A DNA stretch of 64,000 nucleotides from Psilocybe cubensis (taxonomy: Eukaryota): assembly GCA_017499595.2 (NCBI GenBank), contig CM039000.1, positions 3,906,001 to 3,970,000 on the forward strand, in the 5' to 3' direction. Both the position numbers and the translations under genes were made by a program. Numbering within the stretch: the first letter of the stretch is position 1; each line of letters opens with the position of its first letter. Shown one piece after another: positions 1 through 14,556 of this stretch. The notes under the pieces are model-generated. The model was not told where the DNA came from, did not search any database, and was given only the letters and a program-made list of their open reading frames with translations.

Positions 1-1413
1 AATCCTTCTCTAGATGAGGAAGCCCGAGCAGCTCATTAGCTATGCGGAACTTGACAGATTCGCTAATGGCGTTTCCTCCTCTCTCGTCATTTGAGAGTGT
101 GATTATTGCGAAGTTGTTATCCGGAAATCGTGCAACTTGCGTTTTGTACCCAGGATTGCTACCTCCGTGTTCGATGATATCGTGGCCTCTATATGAATAT
201 CTCCACTGTCCAGCGCCGTAAACTTTGGGACTCTGGGTATCGATTAAGGGAATCTCTGGGGTCCAACTTTTGTAAAGCTTACCAGTTCTGGGTACTGAGG
301 CTTTCCATGAGAGACTGAACGCCCATGTGCAACATGTTCTACAACCTCCTGCGGAATAACCGTTTCATTGGTAAAGGGATGGCGTCCTCCATTGAGTAGC
401 ATGGCGACCCAAATAGCCTACGGAACCTCGGGTGAGTAAAAAAGTATCGTTAAGATCAATGTGAGATTACCAAATCCCGGGCAGACGTGAGTACTCCTCC
501 CGCTCCTGCCCATGTTTTCTCTTCGCCAGGCCTTTGGAAGTATGGGACAGTAGCAATGCGCGTCCCGTTAATTCCTCGGATGGTGTCCTGCATGTCCCAT
601 TGGAAACCGTCGGCAAGCGTGCCCCATGCTTCGGCTTCTTCGACCGAATAAGTGGAGGATGTCATATTCAGGGGGTTGAAAAGATGTTGAGAGATATAGG
701 ATTCATATGTCTGGTTGAGAAGAACCTGTGGAAGGTACGATAAAGTCTCGTACATCAAGTTATTGTACTGAAACGTTTCCCGAAACTCAGCAGACGGCCT
801 AAGGTAGCGCAACGTAGATATCTAAGTATTCGCTATATGTCAACGTTGTAATTACAGATGTATACCAGTAACTCACCATCTCAGCTACACCACCGTTCCT
901 TTGAACGCCAGAAAGGTCATGTCTAGGCATACCTGTCCTGTGAGATAGCATATCCTGCAGGCTGACTCCTCGATCCATATCGTCGTCCATCAACCCCCAC
1001 TCTGGAATCAAATCGCGTATTTTAGTCGACCATTTGAGTTCTTGGCCTCTCTCCTCCGTTAGAGTCTTATTGGAAATGAGCAAACCAACAGAGAAGGCGA
1101 GAAAAAGTTTGCTATTTGACGCGATTGCAAAGAGAGAATCAGGTGTGACGGGTGATCCGTCGGCCTTTGCCATCCCGTACCCTCCGAAGTCAAAATTCCA
1201 GCCAGTAGTTGATGTTTCGTCCCTTTGTACAACAGCGACTGATAGCCCACTGGAGTTCCATTTGCTGATAAGACTTTCAACATATTGATCCGTATCGCTA
1301 GAAATGAGCTTAGGAGGCCCATTAGACTCAGGCTGGGTGAAGAATGGGACCTGTAAAGCAGAAGAATGCTTGATCCCAAGTATGAGGGTAAATGTCCACG
1401 TCTGTAACCTCAT
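1..1413 (-). CDS. Beta-lactamase/AmpC-family serine hydrolase, probably secreted; multi-exon, 3' end runs off the window
   Basis: Signal-peptide-like N-terminus. Motifs: F-x-I-A-S-N-S-K (SxxK), LSHRTG, FQYNN (YxN), GAGGVLTSARDL, and HGG in the downstream exon. GT-AG introns near 820-876 and 418-473. Confidence 0.9.
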
Positions 1414-1844
1414 AATAGAAGTAAACCAGAAGTACTATGGAGTTGTGGGTGTGGTAACCAAAAGAACACCATGTCGTGAGCAAACCTTTTCAACCGTTCT
1501 GAATAATCATTTTCCCACAGGTATAAACGCTGGGATTGTTCAATGCAGCGATGTAAACAAAGTCCAGCGTTAGTATTGCGTTTTAACTTGTTATGGCGCG
1601 CATTTTACCTGACCTCACCTTGTCATCCGACTCACGAGACAATGACTTGGGGTTCGAAAGCCAGGATGGCAGTTGAGGGAACTATGACGTACTACCCCAT
1701 TCATTTTTTTTGGATTCAACTCGTATTCGTTAGGTATAAAGGGAATCAAATTGACGTGGGTGGCAGAAGACTCGAGTCTCTCGGAGCTGCTGCCAGTTTT
1801 GATCGGATGCTCTTTTCTGTCAGAGAACGAGTCAAGAACATACT

Positions 1845-2321
1845 CTGTCCGTTACTGAGCGTGACAAGCGACGACATGTTATTGTCGACCTCTTCATCGG
1901 TATCCGCCTATCAGTTCTGGAGATGGTTTTACGTTGGTATAGTTGTTTATACTAAATTGCGGTATGCTGATCTTGATTCAGGTTATATCGTACAAGGCCA
2001 TCGCTTTAATATCTATGAAGATTACAGTTGCAGTCCAAGCACTTATGTCGCCTGGCCTGCTCTCCTCATCGTTTTCATCCCTCCAATTATAATTGGGATT
2101 GTCTCCGCCATATACGCAATGCTTAACATCATTTATTTCCGGCGGTTAGGCTTTGCCAACTCTTCTGAACTTCTGCCTCATAATAACGCCACATCCAATC
2201 GCTATATTCGCTTCATCTATCTCTCTGTCTGTGAAATCCTTTTTACCATCCCGATAGCGCCGTACAGCACTGCATCAACCCTGTTCCCCTAGATCTCCTG
2301 GGCGGACACCCATGCAGATTT
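1845..2321 (+). pseudogene. Internal fragment of a STE3-like receptor gene; inverted copy of 32599-33081
   Basis: Close nucleotide match to the middle of the 32235-33507 gene, including its intron. W->TAG at 2290-2292, small indels, no N- or C-terminal exons. Confidence 0.9.
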
Positions 2322-2506
2322 GTGATCAAGGGAGGTTAGGTGTAGTTATTTTTGGGATTCTCGGAGAAACACGAGCGGAGCTCAAAGTTTGCTGAGTCAG
2401 AAGCGTCTGTTTACAAGGTTGTTGCGACACTGCTTACAACACTTCCTGCACCTTAAACCAACTGATTAACGACTATCTGGTGCTCCCTATTTGAGCACAG
2501 GATTTA

Positions 2507-5166
2507 ATGATAAACAACAGTCTATTTGACTACATCACCATCCGAGGATCTATTATCGCTCTTCGTCTCATTGCGCCGCTCAGCATCGTTTACTTGCCTT
2601 GCGGTTTCTTGAATACGTTTGGACTATCATGGATATATAACGCTCCCTTGACACTGTATACCTCAGCTGAAGCTGTGTTCTACTTACTTGTATATCTTCC
2701 TAGACGGAGGAAGCTCCAAGAGGTAAGTAGTTCAGTATTGTTTGGAACATCACCGAGCTCATGACGCGTAGCCTCCCATACACAGGCCTCCATATCTTAC
2801 ACAAGCGCAAAGACAGCGGATATTTGAGAAGTGTCTCGAAGCAGATCAAGTACATCGTACTTTAGGATATACACACGGTCGACCGTATCCAACAGGATGG
2901 TTTCTTCCTGCTGAATCGATACCGACGCGCAAGGATGCTATTGACTGGCTTCTATGGGCACTTTTTTCGACATCACGCGGAACAGGAACGGTTGATTTGG
3001 AAGAGGAGGGCGTGAAACAGGAATTGAATGGTTATATTGAGAGGATTGAACAGGCGATGGGAACGCGTTTAGATGACGATCATTTCGATGAAAATGAAGG
3101 GCACGAGGATCGAACGCCAAGGGTGGATGAAGAAACGGGGAGAAGCGAGTCTGAAAGATCTAAGGACACAGTGCGGAGCATGCGTATTACGCTAGACCCC
3201 GTGCAGATGCTTCACAGACCGTTGCTGTGGTATTTTGTGCGTACACTCAGTTTTTTTGCCTTTTCGCTGACCGATGCACCTAGATTGTATGTCTCGTTGA
3301 CACATACGCGACCATATATCTCCTCTTTCTTGGGTTTAAACACTACTCTCCACGCACGAGAGAGCACCGCCTGTGCTTTCCTCCCCGACCTATCCTATAC
3401 TTTGTGTCAAGGTATGCGCCTCCGGGAGTGGTCATTCCTTATTGGCATAGGCCGCATCGTTCGAGATCTAAAATGCCTGTTATATTTTTTCATGGAATCG
3501 GGGTGCGTTTGTCCCTCTTTGTGTCAGTTATGTAGTCATAATATCTTTTCAGATTGGCTTGTATCCATATATCCCATTCATCAAGAAAGTATTCCCGGGA
3601 GACAATTTGATGGAGGGAGATGTGGGTGTTCTACTTCCCGAGTTGTTACCTATAAGTATGCATATGACACCATTGTCTGTGCCTCCCCGTTCAGAGATGC
3701 TACAGTCTTTGGACCTTATTCTTGATCATCTCAAAGCAAGTGATATCGGGTCTCCTCACGATGTGCAACATGCGCACTACACCGATGAAACAACTGGCGA
3801 AAGCATTGAACCAATTTCGTTCTTGCGCAGTTCTTCCCCCACCACCTCTTTCGTATCCACATCCTCCACAGGAGCTTCGTTGCCATCATATGCCACGATT
3901 ACTCCCTCACAGTCCCAGCAAAGCCTTTCCATTGATACAGCTCTTGACACCAACAATCACCGTGCTCCAATCTCTGACACGGACTGGAGCAGAGTGGTGC
4001 TTGTAGCTCATTCCTATGGCACATTTGTCGCTGGATGGATGATGAGGATGTGTGTAGATGCGGACTTGTTCGATCGCGATGACGTTATTGCCCCTTCCCT
4101 ATCCCCAGCACTAGAAGTTGAACAATCCCCCTTGAGACTAGCACACAAGATTGCCCATGTGGTTCTTGTGGATCCTATTCCCATCCTTCTTTCCGACCCT
4201 ACAGTCGCACACAACTTCCTTTACAGGCATCCTGGGACCGTCTGCCCAATCATGCTAGGGTGCGCTAATGAAAACATCGAAGTCGAAAACATTGGCGTCA
4301 CTGGAATAAATGAAGGTGAATTCTTGGTACAGAACAGTGTGCAAGCTATCCCACCTCCCAACGTCTCTAACATGATGATGCCGGCCGTCAATAGCGCCAG
4401 AAATGTCTCTAAGCGTCTCAAGCACACCTTTTTCTCGAGGTATTACTCGTCTGCGGCGGCATGGCAGTTGTGGTACTTTGCGAGTCGCGACGCGGATGTG
4501 GCCAGGACACTCTGTCGCACCTTTTTCTGGGCCGAAGGCGGCATGTGGAGGGAAGAGGTGGGCAAGTTTGTGTGCGGCTCTGGGAACATTAAGTACACCT
4601 GCTCTGATACGAGCTATGCTCATGCTGGTATAGACACACACCGCCGCACCCCGACTCTTTCCGTGCCAAACCATTCTGACTTGGAAGTAGGAAGGGGGAA
4701 AGAGACATTTCGCGGCCGTAATGTGGCCGTATTTCTTGGCGGGATGGACCAGATTGTACCTGCTGAAGCTATCAGGATACACCTCACTAGAGAGAGGAGA
4801 TGCACGAGGTGGTGGTCTGCAAAAGGGTCAGATTTAGACTCAAATGGTTACATAAATACCGCGCCGAGAACACCTGCTGGTATTGATTCAGACCTAGGAG
4901 TGGATCAGCAGGAAGTTGAAGAGGAGCAAGCTTTCCATGCTCTCAACACTTCCAGTAGTGCTGTTGAGACATTATCATCTTCAGCCTTACCTGCCGGGAA
5001 GCCATGTGTTGTCCCATCTGTTCCATGTTCAGCTTGTCAGGGAGATCATTCAGGCATGTTAGAAGTGCTATTCAACCCAGACCTTGACCACGCTGTAATT
5101 TTTGATCACAAGGAATATACAGAGCCGCTTGTCGAGGTCGTAAGGCGGTATACAGGAGACCGGTAA
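2507..5166 (+). CDS. Alpha/beta-hydrolase fold protein with N-terminal hydrophobic segments (about 4 exons)
   Basis: Nucleophile elbow VLVAHSYGT, VVLVDPIP, acid motif FLGGMDQIVP and His motif DLDHAVIF. Earlier exons contain TLDPVQMLHRPLLWY and FFHGIG. Introns near 2723, 3237 and 3502. Confidence 0.85.
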
Positions 5167-8100
5167 TTTTCTTCTATTTGGTTATCTCGTGTGTCGTATG
5201 TAAGTTACCCAGATCTATATCGCAATCTACCAACATTTTCTATGAGCGGTCTGAAAACCCGATATCTTTTGAATGCTTGAGGGCTGTATGTCACCACATG
5301 ATACATTACTAGCTTTCCGATAATTACTTCGCGTGCATGAGTGAATGAATATGAATATTTGGCGCCGGTATGGGAATGAGCCGAATTGAAGGGGTATTTC
5401 GAGAATAAAGTAAATGGATTGTAGTATCATAGTAGTAGGATTGTTACTTGGATTTTAAAATAAGCTAGTGGCATATCTCGGGAAGCGATCATCCAATTAC
5501 ACCACGCGTTGCGCAGTAAACATAAGTTATACCGAGAAAAACAGTGATTCTGCAGAATGTGACCACGCTGTTGGTTGTATGTCGAGATGCTATTTTAAGC
5601 GCCCATCGCGCTTTCCTCGTGCAGCTAAGCGCAAATCTTGCTTTCGGGTAATGGAAATAGCTACAATTGACATCTGGAACGCTAGGAGCATCAACAGAAT
5701 GCTATTAAATCCTTGTGATACTATGAGATATGTTTCGAGCCGGCGCCAAAGACATCTGAGGCTATGATACTTTAGTAATCCTTGCTTGTAGTGCCAGTAG
5801 ACGAGTGACTTTCACATGGATCACAAGCTTCATGTTGCTTCTAGATACATAAAGTAACATGTATAATGATTGTGTAGGTACAAGTTGTCTCGGTCAATGC
5901 GATAACCGTTGTCCGTATTGATGAATTCCAAAGATTCGAAACATAGTAGGTCTTTTCTGCCGCGTGTTGAGCTTGCAGCAGGTATAACAGGTCTGATGCT
6001 GTATGCTACGCGTATAGACTGTTTTGACTCAAAACCTGATTATGGCCATGTGTTGCCATGATCCAGTTGGAGTTAACCAACTCGCATTCAGCTTGCAATG
6101 CATATAGATGTATATCCATGAATCTCAATTTATACATTGCCTAAGTCCACGTTCGGGTAACTTAGTGCATATATACCCAGTATCTGCCACATCGTTTAGT
6201 GTTTGTACCCAGTTAAGTTCCTACGTTTTAACTCCAGCAGTGAATGACCTCATTTAGCAAGTCTTGCTTATGTACACAGCATATTATAACCAGTCTCTAG
6301 CTTAAATAATTGTACTATTGACGCCAATTTTGCTTAGAGACACGAATATGAGAGTGCAATGCGAACATGGGACATTTTCAAAGCAGAGACAACAAACGTG
6401 GTAATGAATTCAATCACGCGCAACATCACTCCGCGGACGTCGTAGACAGTTTCCTGAATAAGGACTTGGTTCCCCTCACTTCCTGTCCAAAGAGATCTGG
6501 GGGTAAATTTATAGTTTTACTTTCAGTAAATCAATAGTCCTATAGTTTCTAGGTCTCCCTAAACTCTTGTGACGGTTACTTCTGTTTAGTCAACTATAGT
6601 GGTTTAGTACTTAAAAGAATGCTTATCCTGAGATAATGAGTGCCCGAGCTGTCAACATAATTGGATTACTGAGATCAAACAGAGAGGCATCATTATCAGT
6701 TCGGCTGACCATTTAATTCAATTCAATTATTGCTGATTCTAAACTCTTCGACAACCGGGAAGATAGACCCCGGTGCAGCAGCTCTCAAAGTCGGTATCAC
6801 CAGGATATTAATAGCTATGTGAGAGGCTATTTGTGATATGGTATTATTGACCAACCACACGCTCTAGTCAGGCTGCGAATTTTATCCTCCGTCTCCTCTA
6901 CTAATGCGTTGTTATATTAACGCTTTTGAGACTCTAGCTGACTTCTATTCAGGTCCGTACAAAGTAATTGCTTTCCAATCGAGGGTGTTTTTGAATTATA
7001 ACTCAGAGCGCCTTCAATAGGATATCTTTATGACCAAATGGTCATCTCGGAATCAACCTCACCACACCTAATGAATGATGTAGCCAAAGCACTGTACGCT
7101 GGAATAAGATATCAACAGCTTCTTTGGCATTCCGATCTATTCAAGGTCAAATTTGAAATCAAGTCGCTCAGGAATTCTTTCCTGTCTCATCATTGGTATT
7201 GATCGTAGTCTGGGGATCAAAATACATCAACCTCCGATAGAGGTCTTAACTCTGAATTGGAGCATGCAGTCATTTCGCCAAATCACAATGTAACTGTTCA
7301 ATTTCAGGTTACTGCGAACTCAAATGTTGCTGATATGCTATAAATGCAGTCCTCTTTTCAGAAATGAGGTTATGCTCCCGAAGCTGGTAACAGTAGTCAA
7401 CAGCTTAACTACGATCGACAGTGTCAGAGTATATCTAGAGCTGTGGGCTCAGTAATCTTCCCAACTCACAGAGCATCATATTGTTCCATGGCTTAGAGGA
7501 CTTATTCCTGGTCTTTGAGTTTCTTATAATTGTGAACCCGTTACCTGTTAGGTGACCAACGGTAAAGCATAGGTGTCGGCATGTCACTAAGGTGTGAAGC
7601 TGCGGAACATTACGGAGTCTCCGAAGAGGACAGATAAATAACAGGCTTTCTCAAATGCTGAACGAAACGGTGCGGGTCTTAAGGTTGATTGAACACGACT
7701 GATGGGTAGTTGATGCGGATGTTTAACGGCGAAATCGATCTACAAGGTATCATCGTGACAGGCTCGTTCGTGGTAAATTCATAGAGCTGACGTCCCCGGG
7801 ATAAGGTTTAGCAGGTCTGGATACGGGGAAAGATATTTGACACGTTATATAGGAAAGTAAAAAGAAATCAATACTAAGGCCGCTGAATACGGAATAAATG
7901 ACTAGCTTTGTATTCGTTGGCACCATAGGAGCTGGGATTTCGTATATAGAACAGTAGTAATCCATGACTTTTGAATGTAGCGTGTTAACTAAGGCAGGCC
8001 AATAAAGACTTTTCAGCGGAAACGTCCCATGACAAGCTCAGATAATGTTAGAGGGCTTACTACTCTACCTGAGGGTGATACTTTTGGGTGGGCATGACGT

Positions 8101-11100
8101 ATACAATCCGAGTATGGTCCTCTGTGTCAATGTTAAGAAAACCTGGTGGATTCGGTAAACCTAGCGGCTATCGATGTGTGGTTAGAACGTCCTGTCCCGA
8201 GGCTGAATTGTTTGTGAGGGATGATGGAATCAACAAGAAGAGCTCTGGTATTGGCTAAGTACCGCGACATCGACCAACAGAGAAAAGTGACTTCTTGCAC
8301 AAGCACCGATACGCCGAGGTATGAGCTTGAATTCTCACACTCTGGCGTCGGCAAGTGCATATTATGAGAATTATATCTCAGGCGACTCGAAAGGTAGCTT
8401 CTACGTAAACATATCTTCTTAATTGACGAGTCAGACAAGAAAAACGTGCTGATTAGAATTATCGGTAGAAGACAAAAGAACCTCGATTCGTAAACAGAGT
8501 ACGAGACTTCTACTTCCGTGCTTTGAGCAATTTGTTGAAATATTGACTTCTGCAATGACAGTATCTGATTCCTTGGTTTTCAGCTCCCTTCAGATATGAG
8601 AATGCTCGAAGAGCTATAAGTACCAAGGGGATATCGAGGGACTTCTGCTTGGACGGAAAATCAATTCCAGTATATTATACTGACCCATAGCAATTCCGAG
8701 TACATTCTCATGAATAGCTTGCGATGGGAGAGGCTGTACAATATAAAGAACAATTCACTGATCATTCACCAAGATGCCTCAAAGTTTCTTATCCTCGATC
8801 TATGGAAGCACCAAGTGAAATGTTAGACTACCGACAGAAAGAATCAACAAAAGGGCTATTGGTCAAGGGAATAAAAATGGATACCGGCAATAGAACGACA
8901 TTGTCGAAATCCCGTTGGCCTAAGTGAGATAATTGAGACCGTAGATTGGGCGCTACCTTTGGGGCTAGTACTGTGAGCATTGAGTATACCATAACTTGAC
9001 ATGGTGTATTGCATCAACGCAACGCGGCCAATAGGACCGATATCGAAATACTCTTCAGCAAGATGATTGACAGACCACTGATAGTGATACCCCGCTGCCT
9101 CCATTTCGAGGAGAAGGATTGCACCACCTTACAATTGTGCAATATCATCAGTGGTGCAAGTGACGAACCACGTAAAATTTTGTCTCCAAGAATGAGCTGT
9201 CCAATAGCCATATCCAAGTCCATTCCAAAACGGCAAGTCGATCTTCCATTTCACACGACAGTTAAGTAGTCAATCAGAAACAAAAACCTTTTTGTTTTTC
9301 CGAACATGTATGTATTTTTACTTACGAGGATAAGTACTTAGCTACTCATAACGGAGAAGCGGCATGACGGCGAGTGTGGGTACCTTTGGTACGTTTTTGC
9401 TTTCGTAGCTCCCTTGAGACGAACGCATCGTTCTTGGCAATGGAATGTTTAGGAAAGGCCTCGTACAAATGGGAATGCTGCCTCCGAATAGTGCCTATGG
9501 TAAGTTCAAGCCGGTAGAGACCTGTTCAGGGACATTCAAAGGATTTACAGTAAAGGCTTCCTCCCAAGTCGACATAAGCACTGATAAGTCGCAGCTTGGG
9601 ATTCGAATCTCAGAAGTCTTCATGGCTTTCCGAGTCTTTTAGCATAGCCGCTACTCCCTTGTGCTTTTACTATTAGTACTTGCCAGTGATTAGATTATAT
9701 AGAGCCAACGACTGCCAAAAATCATATTACCTTCTACCTTTCAACCACCAATAGTATTCTTCTCCGTGTCTGCCATCTCCCACTTCGCATCTGGCAGTGA
9801 AGCGAAAACGAGCTACTGCGCTCTGCCAACGCAGTCACTATCAGCATTGTTTGAAGATAAATATAATTTACACGACGGTCCGGCTAAGCAGAATACCCGT
9901 GCGCCACAGCCGGCACCGACGCCGACGGCTCGCGCTTGTGCTATAAACGGCATTTTTTGATGGGATCAAGTCGCGTCGCGTCACTCCCGGCAGTATGTTG
10001 CCGAATATCAATATTTAGTACTCAATTCGGTGAAAAAAAAACAGAAGTCGGAGAAGAAGGCGGCGTATGCAAATAATTGTAACCGACACGGTATCCGCGA
10101 CATTGGCGTCTATTAAGCAATGATTTAGTTAGAGCAGACAACAGGCAGCACAAAATTTTAAATATGTTGTTGTCGAGTCGTACCCGGGGATGGCTATTTT
10201 TGACTTAACGCCGGGTATTTTCTTGTTACGTGTTTGCATAGTTATGGCGTCGGTAAGGCCGAATAGCTTCGATTTTCTAGTATCGAGGTTTCTACTAAGT
10301 ATTCAACAATTGACAATCATGATATCACGGAAAGATTTGCCACTGGGGATCGCTGGTGTAAGTATCTACCCTCGCTTGATCGAATGCACTCAGTCCAAAA
10401 AACCATTGAAGCTTATATACATCTCCGCCGCTGTGAGAACACCTGATAATGAGAGATGTCTACCTATGCTTAAAGCTCAAATTCACACTGGTTTCGTTAT
10501 GTCTGTATGCAGGTGTAAGGTTTAGTTCATAACGCTCCGGCGCTCGCAAAGACGCCCGCTGGATATGGTCTAGTGCATAGGATAAGTCACGGATTAGCTT
10601 AGCGTATTGCTTTGACAGGTAAATGAATGACTCAAGGCCCAGGTTCCAGGGCGAGCGGGAGAAGGCGTCAGAAATGAACATTGAGTCAACAGGTACGCGC
10701 GCCGGACATACCCCGCCGCCTAAAGCATTCAGCCATATTCAAGTGCAACGGATCGCAACGTCGTCGTCATCGTCTCCGAGTCGGGTAGATTTGTTACAGT
10801 CTATTTGATAATTTACTCTACCGGCTAGCTAGCCTAGCTAACGTACAGATATGTGTGCTCGTTTCAAGCGCTCAAGCTCAAGGGCCGTGTTAAATGAACT
10901 TCCAACAAGTTGAGTTTCATGATCATGATTTCATCATTCATTTATCCAGTCCACGACTCGACTATAGCTACGTTCACGTCCACGTTTTTTTTTTCTCATT
11001 CTTACGGTAAACGCGGTGGGACGTGTCCAGTGGCGTTCAATGGTGCCACGGGGGGATGTGTTCTAGCTTGTTCAAGGCTGCGGAGACGGGTTGCTGTACG

Positions 11101-14100
11101 TCTCTATACACATCAGCGGCATTGTAGCAGTGAGCAGTGCAGGGCATAGATATAAGTAAGGACTAGCTCGCGCGTTAGACTGTACCGGAGGATTGACGTC
11201 CGGATGGACACGCCCACGCCTGGGCCTTGGTTGTTTTCGTTTGGCGCTGCCTGTGAGTGAATTGATGAAGCTTGTTTCGAGGCTAGTAGTTTAGTTCAAT
11301 CTAAACTTGCCCCGCTTATCGTTACTTGCAATTGGGCTGTTATGTGCTTGTTTGGTATATATCCCGAGTGGTCCTTGTCCGGATTTGTGACTATGAATGG
11401 AATGTAAAGGAAGGTTATAATGGACTTTGCAATTGGGCCATGGGAAGGACGTGATTAACCTTCTCATCGCCGGTGTGCCCGGTGGCGCGGCAGAGCAAAT
11501 CAGCTGTGCTGGGTATAGAAGGATTCTCGAAGTCGGAAAGGGATTGTTAAGGAAGGTCGAGTCCAGGAGAAGCGTCTGTTTGCTGGTAGGCCGTAAACAA
11601 TGTCATACAGGATATTTTAATCTGGGGTATCGTTTCTATTCTATTTTACTCTGCTTTACTTTACTTTACTTTGCTTTGCTTTGGTTTACCACCGAAAGTC
11701 CGAGATCATGTCCGAGTGGGAGGGAGAGGAGGAAGTGACATTGACAGATTCTATTTCTATTAGTATCACCACTGGGAAAATTTGGATATACATGCGCCGG
11801 CCCAGCTGCGACTGTGCATCAGAGCTCGAGCTCAGTTAGACTTCGGCGAGGAATGCAGTAAGTCTGGCCGACATGGATTTTTAGTGTTTTCGACACGGCA
11901 TGGAGATTGTGATAATGGGACAGGAAACGTGCCCCCTGTCCTCTCCGCATTTTGCATTGGCATTTGCATTTGCATTGTACCGCTGCTCCCGTCGGATAAG
12001 ATACATGGCATGGCATGGCATGTCATGATCATGATGGCACGCTTCACGCTGTCAGATATCTCTAGCGTCTTCCATCTTCCATCTTCTATCTTCTGCTCTG
12101 CTGGGTTGTTTTGTCTTGTCTTCCGCGTACTGAGATCGGGTGCAGTGTCGACCTCACTCGAAATAAACCTCGAATTTGCGAGTGGATCAGGAGCGTGATT
12201 CATATTAATATTACTGTGTAGCTTGCGCCTCGTTCTGACGTACGCGGCTCTGTGTCTGGCGTCCGCGTCCGCGTCGCTGATCCGTCGTCGCGGTTGCATC
12301 CCAGCCCATCATGAGTTCGTACTAATAAGTAGCACTGTAACTACTTTGTAGCAAACGCGACTCGACTCGAGACGCCGTCGCTCCGCGCTGACGGGCGTGT
12401 GCACCGTTGCGCAGTTGCTCAGTCTGTCACTTTTGCGTCTATCTTGTGCCTCTGCTTCTTCGTCTTCTGTTGTTGCTGTTGCTGCTATTGTTGTCGTTGC
12501 CGTCGACGCGGAACGGGGAACTTGTCGAGTCGCGGGTATCCATCCCTCTCTCTCTCTCTCTCTCAGTCGCACTTGTAGGTACCCCGGGTTATATTATACT
12601 ATGATGCATCAGACATGCGAGGATATGTTGTACGTATGTATACCCAGCACTTCGAAGTACTGTCAATCCCGCAATCGAGTCGAGTAACGAGTTCGTTAAC
12701 AGTGTCACGGTATTTCTGGGGTTTCCAAGTAGATTGTGTTGTAAATGTCCAATTACACTCAGGAGCTATGCAGTTCTACTAGCATTTCGAGCTTGCTATA
12801 CTATAGCTAGTTAGTTAGTGACGTCTAACAGACGGACAAATGGACAAAAGGACAAATGGATGGACGGGATTTTTGATAAATGTAAATGTAATGTGTCAGT
12901 GTATTAAAAAAAAATTAGACTATGACTCTGAGTTGCATCATCATCATCCCTCATCATCATCCTCCGGTGTTGCGTTCTCCGGTATTGCATCCAGCATCCT
13001 CCTGGTTTATTCTTTCTTTTGCGTTTTTTTTTTTTGGCTTTGGCTTTGGCTTCGATTCTATGTGTTCTATCTGTCCCGTTAAGTTCGTCGATCGAACGGA
13101 ATGGTCCAGGTGTGGGTTGATGATCGACGGCGCGGTGAGCTGAATCAGGGATTCAAGGTTTAGATTATTTGAGATTGAGATTGAGATGAGATTTACCTCG
13201 AATGTAATTCCAATTTGTCGTCTTTGGCTTTTCTTTTCTTTTCTTTTCTTTCCTTTCCTTTTCTTTCTTTTTTGTCATTTAATCTTGAAATTTTTTTTGT
13301 CGTTTTACAAATTGTCCTATACGAAATTGATGTCGAGCAGAGCAGACTCTGCAATTTTCGTTATCGCCATCAGTGCTATGTTGGCAATGACAAATTTGGC
13401 AGTGATGCGACGTAGCCGTCGTCCTCATCCTTCATCCTCGCTCTCGTCCTCGTCCGCGTTGTCGAGCACGAGAGAATAAGCGAATACGATAACTAGACTC
13501 GAGTCTGAGTCCAAGTCCAAGTCCAAGTCGGACCGTGGCTGGATAGCATCAACGATCATACTCTGCTTCTATCGATCCCATTTGTTTTGTTTTTTTCTTT
13601 TTTTTGCTATTAGCTATTACACCTGGATAGTGATTGTACTTGCATTCAGCATTCAGCATTCAGCATTCAGCATTCAGCATTCAGAATTCAGCATTTCAGC
13701 TATATATCCAGGACGCCCGCTGCATCTATATGCGAAGCTCGAAGCTCAAAGTTGACGTTGAGATCTCATGTTCTCTCAAAACCCAACAGCCAAGAACAGC
13801 TAATTAGCAATAGCAATAGCAATAGCAATACCCCTATCTACTCAAGCGCCCGCCGCCGCGCCGCGTCGTGTTTCGTTGCAAGGCACATCTGCACTGAAGT
13901 AACTACTAGCTACTAGCGACAGAGGCAGCGTAACGGGCAACGGGCGGGCGGCGGGCGGGCGAGGTATGTAAGGTCGTCGCTATGCCGCCCTCATACCGCT
14001 ATACCGACCCTCACGAGTCGCCCTGCTGCCTGCCCCTGCCCCTGAGCCCGTCGTCGTTGTCGCCATTGTTCATGGTCGTCGTCGGGGTGGTTGGTAGTTG

Positions 14101-14388
14101 TCGTCGTTGAGGTAGTTGGCAATGGTAGTTGTCGTCGTCGGGGTAGTTGGTAGTTGTCGTCGTTGAGGTAGTTTGCATTGGCAATGGTGGTTGTTGTCGT
14201 TAGGATAGGTAGTTGTCGTCGTCAAACGGTAAACAGAAAACAGTAAATCAGCAAACAGTAAATCAGTAAATACTATAACTATATATGGCATGGCGCGTCA
14301 CGGTGTCGGGATAATTAGGCGCTGGACATGTTTGCCGCGGTGTTGAGCGCTTACTAAGGCGCAGGCGTAGACGTAGGCGCAGGGGGAA

Positions 14389-14556
14389 GTGTAGGCGTAG
14401 GTGTAGGTGTAGGTGTAGGTGTAGGTGTAGGTGTAGGTGTAGGTGTAGGTGTAGGTGTAGGTGTAGGTGTAGGTGTAGGTGTAGGTGTAGGTGTAGGTGT
14501 AGGTGTAGGTGTAGGTGTAGGTGTAGGTGGAAGTGTAGGTGGAGGTGGAGGTGTAG
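14389..14556. repeat. (GTGTAG)n hexamer microsatellite; 21 perfect copies at 14401-14526 with degenerate flanks
   Basis: Read directly from the sequence. Confidence 0.97.

Noticed and set aside
1543..2292. 249-aa ORF as an intact fourth STE3 gene, or TAG corrected to TGG by A-to-I editing
   Set aside because: The ORF reads through an intron and unrelated upstream DNA. The N-terminal helices and the last helix are missing, so fixing the stop would not restore a receptor.
14389..14556. (GTGTAG)n as an interstitial telomere or a poly-(TY) protein
   Set aside because: The unit differs from TTAGGG-type repeats, it is one of many SSRs in the island, and the ORF is a by-product of a stop-free repeat.
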